Program-made: the position numbers and the translations under genes
Origin: Chiloscyllium plagiosum
Taxonomy: Eukaryota
Assembly (NCBI RefSeq): GCF_004010195.1
Contig: NC_057719.1
Location: forward strand, 83,788,827-83,852,826
Reading direction: 5' to 3'
DNA: 64,000 bases
Part shown: positions 52,075 through 64,000 of the stretch, piece by piece
Layout of the letters: each line of letters begins with the position of its first letter
Numbering within the stretch: position 1 is the stretch's first letter
The notes under the pieces: generated by a model
What the model was told of the DNA's origin: nothing
The model's input: the letters and a program-made list of their open reading frames with translations, nothing else
Database searches by the model: none

Positions 52075-52412
52075 CACAGAATCCCTACAGTGTGGAAGGT
52101 GGCTATTTGGCCCACTGAGTCCACAGTGACCCTCCGAAGAACATTCCAACCAGACCTAACCACTACCCTCTCCCTGTAACCCTGCATTTCCTGCTGCTAA
52201 TCCACCTAGCCTGCACCTCCCTGAAACTGCATGGGCAATTTAGCATGGCCAGTCCCCTTAACCTGCACACCTTTGGATTGTGGCAAGAAACTCACGCATA
52301 CATGGGGAGAACACGCAAACTTCACACAGTGTGTGGTCGGAAGGTGGAATCGAACCCGGGTCCCTGGCGCTGTGAGGCAGCAGTGCTGACCACTGAGCCA
52401 CAGTGCCAGCCC
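52075..52412 (-). mobile_element. HE1-type V-SINE
   Basis: Tail, partial V-domain and head are present. Confidence 0.88.
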
Positions 52413-55089
52413 AATTTCATACTTCACAAAAATGTATACTTCATCGTTGACCTGTGGGAATGACTGGTAAGGCTGGTTTTGAGTAACTGGTAATGAAGCA
52501 TCTTCTGAGTGATACAGGAGTGTGGTATGAAGAGTCAGCTCAAAGAGAAACTAAGAGCCAACAGGCTTGATTTGGGACTTGAATCACCTATAGCCAAACC
52601 AAGTAAATGCAGCACCTTTCTTCCCTGAATGGCAGCAGTGAATCACTTTCACTTGGCAGCTCTTGTTCACATGAAGAGCTTTCAAACTATTCCCTTTCCC
52701 AAACTGCATACGGAGCGGGATTTGAACTTATGTTCACGAGATTATTAGTTCAGTAACGTGCAGTAGTTCTGATACTAAATGGGTCAGTAATCCAGAGCCC
52801 TGTTCTCTACCAAATGCTCCCTTTGAAATGTCAACAGTCTCCTGTTTATTTTCAGCAGGATCTGTTTTTAGTTGAGATTTGCAGCATTTGCGTTTTCTCT
52901 TTTCATATGCCTCCATGTCTCTGTGTGATGGTTCTGTTCCACAATGTGAAGTAATATCTTGGTACAGTTTGCATTCTTCAGCAGATTAGAGAGCAATTTG
53001 CTTCAAGCTTGGGATCTTTACCCAAGAGCGCTTTGGTATAAAATTACATCAATTATAATTCATTTCCCGTGGCACTGCTCTCAGACAAAAAACTTAAAAC
53101 AAAGCACTTTGCGGTACATTATATTGTCTGCAAATCAGAAAAAAGCTCCAAGTATAAAATTACATCTATTAAATGCACTTACCAGCAATGTGGGCTCATT
53201 ACAAAGCTCTACTACACAAACATAGAGATTACAAACAGAGACCACTTTCTGTAATTGCAGTAAATGACATAAGAATACACACCAGCCACTTTTTCTTTGC
53301 TAAAATCTCCCTGTGCCTATAATCAGCAGGAGCACCCTCATCTCTCAGTCAGGAGGTTGTGATGTCAATCGAAGTGATTTGATGGTATAAACTAACATTC
53401 TCGTGCACTACTGAAGGAGCATGGCATTGTCAGAGGAGTCGTCTTTCAGACAAGATGTTACACGATCTTTTCTCACATATGGACATGTAAAAAGTTCCAT
53501 AGCACTAAGAGGCAGAGGAGTCCTCTTCAATATCTGGGTCAATATTATCAGCCCTTGACACCAACTAAAAGATGATCTGATCATTGCCATTGGACCAGCA
53601 AGCCAAAGGTGCAGGATATTGCTCTGGGGACATGCATCCAAACCATAGCAGCTTGGCACCATGGAATCCGAATTACATCAGTAAATCTAGAACATAGAGG
53701 GAGTCTCAGTAATGATTGTTTTAAAATCTACTTAGTGCATTAAATCTCTTAAGGAAACAAAATTTTCCATCCTAACCCAGTCTGGTCTATGTGTGACTCC
53801 AGACCCATAGCAAATACCTGACTGTTATCTGCTCTCTAAAACGGCCAACCGAGCCAGTGAGTCTGGTAATTAGGAATGGGTAAAGTGGCTATGCCAGAGA
53901 CACCCATGCTCCATGCAAGAATTTTTTAAATTTACTTTTTGTGGAAGCTTGGAATGTGCAAATCGGCTGTCTGTCCTACATTACTGCGGTGGATACTCTT
54001 CAACAAGACACAACTGGCTGTAAAGTGATTTGAAATTTCCTGAGATTATGAAAAATGCTTTATAAAAACAAGTCTTCTCACTGGCACATTGTTTCACCAC
54101 GAGTCCCACAGCAGTTGATCTCCATAAAAGAGCTCAGACGGGCTCAGAGGGTATCACAGCCATGCGCTATGCACATGCATTTTCCACTTGACAGAGAACA
54201 GCAGTGTGATACGGGTTGATTTTGCACCCCCCGTAAGTGGTCATGAGGCCAACAGGAGCATTCCCATCGAAGAACAGCTCATTAAACACAGGATTGGAAT
54301 CAATGTTTTGGGATTTCTTTTGTTCGTGGACAGGGAAACTCCAGGGCATGGAGGGACCTGAACATAAGGAAGAGAATTTTTAAATTGATGTGCTGCTAAA
54401 TCAGAAGCTAACGTAGGTCGGTAAGCGCTGGGCTAATGGCCGAGCAAGATACGGTATGAGCTAAGGCATGGACAGCAGAGCTTTGGATGCATGTGGGAGA
54501 TCAAGTAGCCACTGAGATAATCGAGTATCAAGCAACAAAGGCATAGATGAGGGTTTCAAACAGCAGATGAGTGGAGACAATGGCGGAGGCAGGTTCAGAC
54601 TCAGGCTAGAGAGAATATGGAACTTATAGCTTTGACACATATACAAGGAATGCATATAGTGCACGCGCGCACACACACCATTTGTTTGTGCTGGTCTAAT
54701 CATGGCATTATGCTCCATGACAACTCCTCCCATGATACCTTACCCCACCTTACTTTCATAATTGTTTATTTTTAGTGTCCTTAACTGCTTATTCAATTTC
54801 TCTTTAAATGCCTTGACGTGATTCACTTCAACTATTCCTTGTGATAGCAAGTTTCACATTCTATTCATTCTCTGGCTTTCTCTTGAATTCCCTTTTGGGG
54901 TTATTAGCGATTGCTTTATATTTATCGACCCATCCCATATGAGAAAAAATTCTTCCCCACACCTGTCCTATCAAAATCCTTCCATCAGTTCGAAAGAGAG
55001 ACCTAACCTGTTAAAACATTTTCTTATAGTCGTTTAATTGGCAGCTTGATATATACATGAGGGAGAAGGGAACATGAGTGACATGTAAG

Positions 55090-55712
55090 CAGACCGGGAC
55101 GAGGGAACTAGAGTGACAGGACTGGTGTGGACTACAACACTGGCACAGAGTAGTCATGCCCCGTTCCCTCAACAAGATCTTCCGGTAAGCTGGCAACAAA
55201 GTCCGATGCTCCAGCTGGAATTCTTTGCTCGGACCCATTCTTTTCCTCCCTCTTTCCTCCCTTCTCCTGGCCTCTGAAGAGAGGGGATGGTGGTCAGCAA
55301 TCAGAGGCAGGGACACCAGTGACCAGGGGCCCAGTGCGGGAGCATGGCAGCAGCAAGCAATCAGAGGTCCCCTCTGATTGAAGGTCCTTGCTCTGGTCTG
55401 CAGTGGACGGCCCTTGGACAGAGATGGTGACGTTTGTCTTTTTAACTTCTTGTCTTTCAGACCTATGGTTATACTGCTGTCATGTAACATTTTTCCTTAT
55501 TTCTCTAGTCTGTAACTAAGGATTGTACCTAGATATTCATAACCTAAGATGGCGCTGTGCGTTGGTGACATTGTGACAACTATAACAAATCTGTAATAAG
55601 AAGCTGGAGCTGGGTAATTTTTTTTAATCTAAGATGGCGCTGTAAGTGGCAACTTATCAACTTCTCACTGCACTCATTTGAGTACATGTGACAATAAAGC
55701 TAATTCAATTCA
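55090..55712 (+). mobile_element. Unclassified non-autonomous retroelement
   Basis: GC-rich 5' part, duplicated ctaagatggcgctgt, and a 3' AATAAA followed by an (ATTCA)n tail. It interrupts a CR1 3' end. Confidence 0.45.
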
Positions 55713-56033
55713 TCAAATGACCTGTTTCTATGCTGCAGATCCTAAGTATCAGTTGTGATTACAGCCTGGCAACACATAATCTCGGCTGGCGCCGGCAGAT
55801 ACCTGGTGCAATGTACTCCTGTAAGACAAAGCTGTAGAGAGGAGGTAGTCTACAATTGTGTAGGTTGTGTACCATAGGCATTCAAAACCTTCAGTCCACA
55901 ATCAACATGGTTTGGAGGGCCATGTCTGTTAAAGTCTGATCAGCCTGACTTTTTGTATATTGAAAATTAGAAACAATTGATTGGGAGGTTGACGGGAGGT
56001 GCATTTATCAATAATCAATTCAGCTTTATCATG

Positions 56034-56370
56034 TGGGCAGCACGGAGGCTCAGGGGTTAGCCAGTGCCTAATCTAATCTACATAGTTGTCCAAGGCAGGA
56101 TTCGAACCCGGGTTCCTGGCACTGTGAGGCAGCAGTGCTAACCCCTGGAGTTTGCACATTTTCCCTGTATCTGCTTGGGTTTCCTCTGGGTGCGCCAGTT
56201 TCCTCCCACAGTCCAAAGATGTGCAGCTCAGGTGAGCTGGCCGCGCTAAATTGACCATAGTGTTAGGTGCATTAGTCAGGGGTAAATATAGTGTAGGGAA
56301 TGGGTCTGGCTGGGTTACTCTTCAGAGGGCTGGTGTGGACCTGTTGGGCCAAATGGCTTGATTCCATACA
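56034..56370 (+). mobile_element. HE1 SINE with internal inversion of the head
   Basis: Forward head at 56034-56061, inverted head segment at ~56070-56146, and forward body from ~56146. Confidence 0.85.
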
Positions 56371-57329
56371 TGTAGGGAATCCTAATCAAATCATGTACTC
56401 CACTCTGTAAACAGTAAACTTATCTCTCAGAAACTGGCATTATATCAGCAACATGGAGAAAGCCACCAACATGAACTCCTGTTGAGTTATGACATTTTCA
56501 GGCCTGTGATCAATGTTAGAGTTGAAATTTCTGGCCTCAGAGCTTTTCTGGATTACCCAAACTTTAGTAATTTGGATAAGTCCTTAGTTGCAGCCAACAA
56601 CTTTGCCTGGAATCTTTCACTGTTTGAAGGCAGGGAACTTACAAAGCCACCACATGTGTCTGACAGAATGGAGGTGATTGGGTTATCTGCTGCTATTGTC
56701 AATTAAGCAGAGAGATTGGACTGTACGTAGTACCACATAATTTGTGCATTTGACAATCTTTCACTTACTGCATATTACTGTAGAAATCACCCTTGCTTTT
56801 GTTGGGAAACGTTACTGCAACCTCAGTGATACCTTCTGCTTGCTATCATTCACACAGATTGCTTGCTGGTATATGTCCTGACATCAAGTCCTATACTGCC
56901 TCCAACTCACAGAGGACACAATAATGACAATAAATCCTATGGTAGGAAATGCTATTCTGCCCAAGAGCCACATCACAAGCTGCAAGTCTCAAGCAATGTC
57001 TTTGCAAGTAAAGAGCTGAGTTTTGTGACCTCTCAGTTCCCGACATTTAAGAGTCAATACCTGCAGAGTTTCAGTGCAAACAACAAGGACATGGTACTGT
57101 AAAGAGCAGCCCATGCAGAGGGATCCATTAGCAACGTGCACCAGGCACTATGATAGCAGCACCAGAACAAGCAGCAGTTTTGTAGGCGTCTGTAATGGTG
57201 GCTCCCACAACCAATACTCCACAATCACAGAATGGATATGCTACAGAAGGAGAGCATCCAGCCTGTTGTCTGTGTGCTGGCCCTCTGCAAGAGCAACTTA
57301 GCTGGTTGCACCCACTCGCACTTTCCTCG

Positions 57330-59600
57330 CAACTCTGAACATTTTTTCTCTTTAGATTATTGTTCAATTCCCTTTTTGAAAACCATGTTTAAATCTGCCT
57401 CTACCACACTCTTAGGCAGATCCTAACCTGTTGCTGTGTCAAAAGAAAATCTTTCAATACCACCACAGGTTCGTTTGCCAATCTCCTTATATCAGTGCTA
57501 TTTGATTCTCAGTGCTTCCGCCAATGGCAAGTTTCTCCCTATCTACTTTGTTTCACAAGAGATTATTGAGTCAAAGCATTTGACGCATGATTTTGAACAA
57601 TCTCAGGAAGATGACCCTCTTTCCCCGCCTCCCCAGGCTATCCACATAACTGACATATCTCATCTCTGGAACCATTCTCTCTAAAATGTTCACATCCTTA
57701 TAAAAGTGTGGTATCCAGAATTGAGTGTAAGATGCAGGTTAATGCCAAACCAATGAATCTATCCTGCAATTTCATCGTGCACGTATAAGACCATCGGATA
57801 GGATATAGGAGTAGAATTAGGCCCATCGAGTCTGATCCACCATTTAATCATGGCTGATATGTTTCTCAATCCCATTCTCCTGCTTTCTCACTCTAACCCT
57901 GATCCCCTCGGTAATGAAGAACCTATCTTATTTCGGTCTTAAATACACTCAATGATTTGGCCTCCACGGCCTTCTGTAGCAATAAGGTCTGGCTGAAGAA
58001 ATTCCTCCTCATTTCGGTTCTAAAATATCATCCCTTCGCCTTGAGGCTGTGTCATAGCCTCTCCTACTTATGGAAACATCTTCTCCACATCCACTCTATC
58101 CAGGCCTCTCAGTATTCTTTAAGTTTCGATGAGATTCTCCCTCCCATCCTTCTCAACTCCATTAAGTACAGGCCCAGAGTCCTCAACCATTCCTCACATA
58201 ACAAGCTCTTCATTCCCGGGATCATTCATGTAAATCTCCTCTGGATTTCCCACCCCCTCCAACGCCAGCATATCCTTCCTTAGATACAGGGCTCAAGATT
58301 GCTCACAACATGCCAAATGCAGTCTGACCAGTGCCTTAAAAAGCGTTGGCAGGATATCTCTGCTCTTGTTTTCTAACCCTCTTGAAATTAATGCTAACAC
58401 TGCATTCGCCTTCCAACTGCCAAGTGAACCTGCATGTTGACCTTAAAAGAATCCTGAACTAGATATCCCAAGTCCCTTTATGCTTTTGGTTTCCAAAGCC
58501 TTTCCTCACTTAAAAAAAAAGTCTACATTCTATTCTTCCGACCATAACCTCGAACTTCCCACATTGTGTTCCATTTGCCACTTCTTTACCCATTCTCTTC
58601 GTCTGACCATGTCATTCTACAACCTCCACATTTCCTTACTACTACTTTCCTCCATCTATCTTGGTATTACTTGCAAACTTAACAACAACGTACTCAGTTC
58701 CTTTGTCCAAATCATTAATGTATAACGTGAATAGTGGTGGTCTCAAGACTGATCCTTGCAGAATTCTACTAGAAACCTGCTGCCATCCTGAAAAAGATTC
58801 CTTTTTTCCCCATTCTCTGCCTTCTTCTGTCAGCCAGCCAATCCTCTATCCATGCCAGTACCTTGCCCCTAACACCGTGGGCTCTTAATTTATATCACAG
58901 CTTCCTGTGCAGCAGCTTGTCAAAGACCTTCTGGAAATCCAAACACATCACATCCACTGGCTCTCCTTTGTCTAACTTGCTCATTACCTCCTCAAAGAAT
59001 TCTAACAGATTTGTCAGGCATGACCTCCGTTGTTTCAGATCTCTCTGTTCTGGCACTCCATTTACATTGTGTCCTTTATTTTAAATCTGCTCTCATTTCC
59101 CCAGCAAATTGAATCACTTCTGTACTAAACTTTTCTGTACTAAACTTAGTATGTCAGGTGTTCATCCATTCCACCAGCTTTTCACTATCCCCTTCACAGC
59201 TCACCATACCTCCAAGCTTTGCGTCATCTGCAAATTTTCAAAGTGTGTCCCAAAATATACACACATTTTTGTGCATCAAACAGTAGCCCCAGTGCCAATG
59301 CCTGGGCAAAACCAGTGTATGCATTTCTGTATCTGAAAAATAACCATTTTACCACCACATTCTGCATCCTTACATTCAGCTAACTCTAAAGGAGGGTTGC
59401 TGGTCTCTTAAATGCTTACCATGGTTTCTCTCCCACAAATTCTGCCAGACCTGCTGAGTTTCTACAGCAATTTCTCTTTTTCTTTGTTTCAGGTATCTGG
59501 CGTCCACAGTTCTCTGTTTGACTTTTGTATCCATGGACCCATTCTCCCTTTTATTCCATTGGTATTAACTTTGTAGCACTTCATTAAATGTCTTTTGGAA
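57330..59600 (-). mobile_element. Nested CR1 fragments (younger copy ~57790-59028)
   Basis: CR1 3' terminus taggagtagaattaggcccatcgagtctg, with RT-region sequence continuing to tttgtcaggcatgacctcc. Confidence 0.8.
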
Positions 59601-59825
59601 GTTCATGGACACCACAAAGTATATTACCCTCATCAACACTCTCTTCATCATTCCAACACCACACGTTTTGACCCATTTAGGATTCAGATGAGGAAGAATT
59701 TCTACACTTACAGGGTAATTAATTTTTACAATCGCTATCCCAGACAGCTGTGGAAGTTCAGTCGTCAAGTCAGTTTCAGACAAAAATTGACCAATTTCTA
59801 GTTACTAATTATACCAAGCATTGTA

Positions 59826-60285
59826 GCATCTGGTGGCTTAGTGGTTAGCACTGCTGCCTCACAGAGCCAGGGAACCGGGCTCGACTTCACCCTTGGGCGA
59901 CTGCCTGCATGGAGTCTGCACACTCTCCGCATGTCTGCATGGGTTTCCTCCAGGTGCACTGGTATTCTGCCATTGTCCAAAGATGTGCAGATTAGGTGGA
60001 GGCTAGGCAGATTAGTGATGTGAAATGCAGGGTTTCAGGGACAGGGTGGGGGTTGAGAGGATGGGTAGGATGCTCTTTGGAAGAATTGATGGGCTAAATA
60101 TCCTGCTTCATCATTTCCTGATGAAGGGCTTTTGCCTGAAATGTCGAATTTCCTGCTCCTTGGATGCTGTCTGACCTGCTGTGCTTTTCCAGCACCACTC
60201 TAATCTTGACACTGATCTCCAGCATCTGCAGTACCCACTTTCGCCTGAATGTCCTGCTTCCACACTGCAGGGATTATATGATGTC
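59826..60285 (+). mobile_element. HE1 SINE with family A PLE insertion (60110-60247)
   Basis: TSD aat(a/g)tcctgcttc at 60097-60109 and 60248-60260. The hammerhead at 60115-60148 reads UUC CUGAUGA A GGGC uuuu GCCU GAAA UG UC GAA. Confidence 0.88.
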
Positions 60286-60818
60286 ATGATTCTATGATAC
60301 GGGGATAGTGCAAGAATATGGTATTCAGGTAGATGTTTGGCCAGTACTAAGGGGTTGAGACCTAGTCCTGTGTTCCAATGTGTTCCTACCCCTGCAGTTT
60401 TGATGCTGGAGCTACCAAAGACACGACGGGCTAAATTTCCGCCTTCTCCCCTGAAAGACTGCCATTCTGAGATAATGCACCCACAGTTTATTATTACAGG
60501 ATTCAGTGCCTTTAAAATGGGGCATAATGATGTCTTTCTGGTTTCGTAACACTCATTTAAACCTAATGAATGTGCTGTTGTGAATGTGGTGCATAAACAG
60601 GAACCCGGTCTGAGTGAGAATGAACTAGCACATCCTGACAGCTTATCGCAATCTACGCTCAAAAGCTTTTCTCAGCTCTGGCTCCTGACAACTCGTCACT
60701 TTGCGCTCGCCTATCTCCCCCTGTGAATGAGTTCATGAAAGTCATGTGGCAACCCACAATGAGAAGTGGCTTTACTTCTTCTGCCTCTATCCTGGCTCTC
60801 AGCTGCTGTGAACTTTAC

Positions 60819-60937
60819 CTGCCTGCGGTGGTAGTCCAGATACTGCACGATGAGTCGGGTGTTGACACTGTGACTCCATGTGTTCCCGAGAGCTGCAGTT
60901 GCGTAGCTTGTTTCTCCATCAGGACTTATCCCGCAAT
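60819..60937 (-). CDS. RAD51B: RAD51B internal coding exon (equivalent to human exon 9)
   Basis: The minus-strand acceptor is ttgttttctgtgctctgcctttgcag|ATTGC and the donor is CAG|gtaaag. The exon is 119 nt, phase 1 to phase 0, and translates xCGISPDGETSYATAALGNTWSHSVNTRLIVQYLDYHRRQ, matching the recalled RAD51B motif AALGNTWSHSVNTRLILQYLDSERRQ. Confidence 0.96.
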
Positions 60938-61022
60938 CTGCAAAGGCAGAGCACAGAAAACAATTCAATAGAAGCCAAATAAACATGCTTTACATTTTAA
61001 CATATCCTAACTCCTCATTTCT

Positions 61023-61475
61023 TAGAATCGTATAATCCATATAGTGCAGAGAGAGGCTGTTTGGCCCATTGAGTCTGCACTGATCCTCTGAAGAGCATCC
61101 TATTCAGGCAAAAGTGAGGACTGCAAATGCTGGAAATCAGAGTCCAGATTAGAGTGGTGCTGGATGAAGGGCTGACGAAGGGCTTTTGCCCGAAACGTCG
61201 ATTTTCCTGCTCCTCGGATGCCGCCTGACCTGCTGTGCTTTTCCAGCACCATTCTAATCTAGCATCTTATTCCTGTAAACCAACACTTTCCACGGCTAAT
61301 CCACCTAGTGTAAGCATCCCTGAACACTATGGGCAATTTATCACGACCAACCTGCCTAACGTGCACATCTTTAGACTGCAGGAGGAAACCCATGCAAACT
61401 CCACATCGACAGTAACCTGAGGCTGGAATTGAACCAGGGTCCCCGGGACAGTGAGGCAGCAGTGCCAACAACTGA
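61023..61475 (-). mobile_element. HE1 SINE with family A PLE insertion (61106-61260)
   Basis: TSD agcatc(c/t)tattc at 61094-61105 and 61261-61272. The core CUGACGA A GGGC uuuu GCCC GAAA CG UC lies at 61172-61199. Confidence 0.88.
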
Positions 61476-62099
61476 GTTTCTTTTATTTTGTGCTGGGGAT
61501 AAGAGAACAAGGCACTTTTCAGATAAGACACCCAGTGTGAATATCAAGCACATCCAATGTCATACATGAATAGGTTAAATGCAGAGGAAAGGAAGAAGGA
61601 ACTTCCATTTACATCTTGTCTTTTAATCAATTCAGCACTCCACAAACACTTCATAAACAATTAACACTTTTTTTTGAACTGCAGTTACTTTGTAGGAAAA
61701 TTGGAGCAGCCAATTTGTGCAGAACAAGCTGTAACAATGTGGTAATGACCAGCAAATTTGTGTAATTAGGTGCTAATTGAAGGATAAATATTGGCCAGGA
61801 CATCGGTACAAGCTCTCCTGCTGTTCATCAAATAGAACAACAACTTGCAATCCCAGACAAGCATATCTACCATAGGTTTCTAGAAGGTTAGAGTTCGAGA
61901 CCTACCTGCACCAGAAGTGTTTTGCACCATGTCCAAACAGGTCTGCCATTTAAATAACTTTGGTTCACGAGCAGTCATACCTTTCAGATTAAGCAATTTA
62001 CAACTGATCAACGGACAGGGACAGGTGGGTGAGACTGCACGTCGGGCAGGTACGGGGATCCAACGTATAGTGGTGGAGGGACCTTAGCTCTTGACTCTA

Positions 62100-63470
62100 A
62101 CCAGCACATATGTGGTTCTTGCTGCATGTGTTCACGAGAATAAAGATTGCAGGGTGATTGAGTAGACTGAGCATGGTGCGGGTCAAACAGGTAAATGAAA
62201 ATACATGTGGCAGTTAAGGTTAGGTGAAGGTATAATTAAGGAGGAGAGACACCGTTTCTCTGCAGGTGCGATTTGGAATTCTGAACTCTATCCGATGCTA
62301 GGGTTAGGGACATCTCCCTGCAGCTGGAAACAAACTGGCTGAGGGAGGGGTCCAGTTGCTGAGAGTCCATATAAGAATCAATGATATAAATAGACCTAGG
62401 AATGATGACAGAGTTTAAGTAGTTACGGTCCAGTTTAAAATGCAGAGCCTCAAAAACAATCGTCGCTGGATTTTTACCTGCACCATAAATCGAATGGCAT
62501 AAGATGAAACAGGTTGGAGGGTGACTACCAATGCGACAGGGATGGTGCAATTTCGAATTATGCACTGGCAGCAGACTCAGGAACGAAAGTTGGAATGGAT
62601 TTCACTTTAACTGAGCTGTGTCCTGGTGAATTGCATAGTCAAGGCAGTGGACAGAGCATTAAGCTGAATGAGGGAGGTGATTGAAGGGAAATTTAAACAT
62701 CCAGAGAGAAAAGTAGAGGTAAGGAACAGTGTGGGTAAGGATAAGCAAAGTGAAATAGAAGGGTCAAATAGTAATGTCCATGCAAAGAACAGTATTAAAA
62801 AATTACATCTGAATGAATGAGAGATAGATAAACACGTGACACAAACAGAGATTAGATTGTAGGTTTAAATACAATCCCTCCCGACAGGGATATGGTTACA
62901 AGGTGACCAATTTTTGGAAATAACATTATCAGAGTATGCTACAGTTCAAAAAGGGAGACAGAACAACAAAGCAGGAGGGGTAGCTATTATAGTGAAGAAT
63001 GACATGTGGATATTATGGAGAGAGAATCTTCTCCTGAGTTAGAATCAGACTGGGGGAATGAGAAACAGCAACAGTCAGAAGCTTTGTGTGGAATTCGGTT
63101 ACAGGCCACCTAACAGCATTCATGGCATGCGTTAGAGCATTCAACAAGAAGTTATTGAAACTTGGGACAAAGGCAACATAATAATGGTGGGGGACTTTAA
63201 TCCCCATATATGTGGGAGAAAGCAAATTGTCAAAGGTGACTTGAAAAATGAGTTTATGACAGTTCCCTTGAGCAATAGGTTCTCAGCTCAAGGGGTAAAG
63301 TTATTTTAAATTCAGTATTGCTTAACGTGGCAGAGATCATTCGTAATTGCATATCAAAAAATCTACTCGGCGATGGCGATTATAAGAAGTCTGTCTTTCA
63401 TATAAATGTTGGAAAGTGACATTATAAACACAAATGAGAATCTGAAAGTCAATTGTATAGGTTTGAGGGG
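62100..63470 (+). mobile_element. Degenerate CR1 5' region (ORF1 / endonuclease)
   Basis: Remnants such as ggaggggtagctattatagtgaag (GGVAIIVK), tacaggccacctaac (YRPPN) and gtgggggactttaat (VGDFN). Confidence 0.7.
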
Positions 63471-63480
63471 AGAACTAAAT

Positions 63481-63606
63481 AGACGAAGAGCTTATGCTCA
63501 AAACGTTGACTCTTCTGCCCTTCAGGCGCTGCCAGACCGGGTGTGCTTTTCCGGCACCAAATTCTTTGACGCAGATCTCCAGCATCTGCAGTCCTCACTT
63601 TCTCCC
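63481..63606 (+). mobile_element. PLE family A element, diverged
   Basis: It reads gacgaagagcttatgctcaaaacgttg ... ccagcatctgcagtcctcactttctcc. Confidence 0.8.
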
Positions 63607-63614
63607 TGCTCAAA

Positions 63615-63955
63615 AATTTATCTTTGCCTTAAAAAACATACATCAAGGTAGCCTCAACTGCTTCACTGGGCAGGGAATTCCACAGATTCAAAACCCTGTG
63701 GGAGAAGAGGTTCCTCCTCAATTCAGTCCTAAATTCGCTCTCCCTTATTTCGAGGCTATGCCCCCTAGTTCTAGTTGAACCCACCAGGGGAAACAACCTC
63801 CCTGCCACTATCTTATCTATTCCCTTCATAATGTTATATGTTTCTACACAATCCTTCCTTATTCTTCTAAATTCTGATGAGTATGGTACCAGTCTACTCA
63901 ATCTCTCCTCAATAGTCCTGCAAACGTCAACCTTCCCAACTCCAGAATCAACCAG
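63615..63955 (-). mobile_element. CR1 3' fragment
   Basis: ORF 63629-63901 reads VETYNIMKGIDK..TRTRGHSLEI..LRRNLFSHRVLNLWNSLP. Confidence 0.9.
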
Positions 63956-64000
63956 TGCCAGTACAACCTTGGTCTCTGGTCTTAATATGCTATGGTGACA

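Noticed and set aside
55011..55490. 159-aa ORF
   Set aside because: It lies antisense within an unclassified repeat and has no recognisable domain.
60111..60662. Longest ORF in the track (183 aa)
   Set aside because: It runs through intronic sequence into a family A repeat and has no protein-family features.

Overview
This is eukaryotic, repeat-rich vertebrate DNA, almost certainly from a shark or ray: it carries many HE1-type V-SINEs, CR1/HER1 LINEs and Deu-domain SINEs. The window is intronic to RAD51B on the minus strand. Two coding exons with canonical splice sites are recognisable at 60819-60937 (119 nt) and 37625-37703 (79 nt), separated by a 23.1-kb intron, and I could not identify the terminal exon. 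The rest is nested transposable elements (CR1, L2, Tx1-like, Gypsy remnants, solo LTRs, Tigger/pogo MITEs, SINEs), two minisatellites and a few unique, motif-dense enhancer-like blocks. The most notable unannotated structure is a set of about five sequence-distinct families of short Penelope-like (PLE) elements. Many are inverted-repeat and have long, variable target-site duplications (TSDs). They share one minimal type-I hammerhead ribozyme layout: CUGANGA, one extra nucleotide, stem II, GAA, a 4-nt palindrome ACGU/AGCU, then H, with compensatory changes in stems I and II. One intact copy lies just downstream of a GIY-YIG endonuclease remnant and is in the sense of the RAD51B pre-mRNA. All calls were made by eye without database searches, and repeat boundaries are approximate unless TSDs or terminal inverted repeats (TIRs) are quoted.
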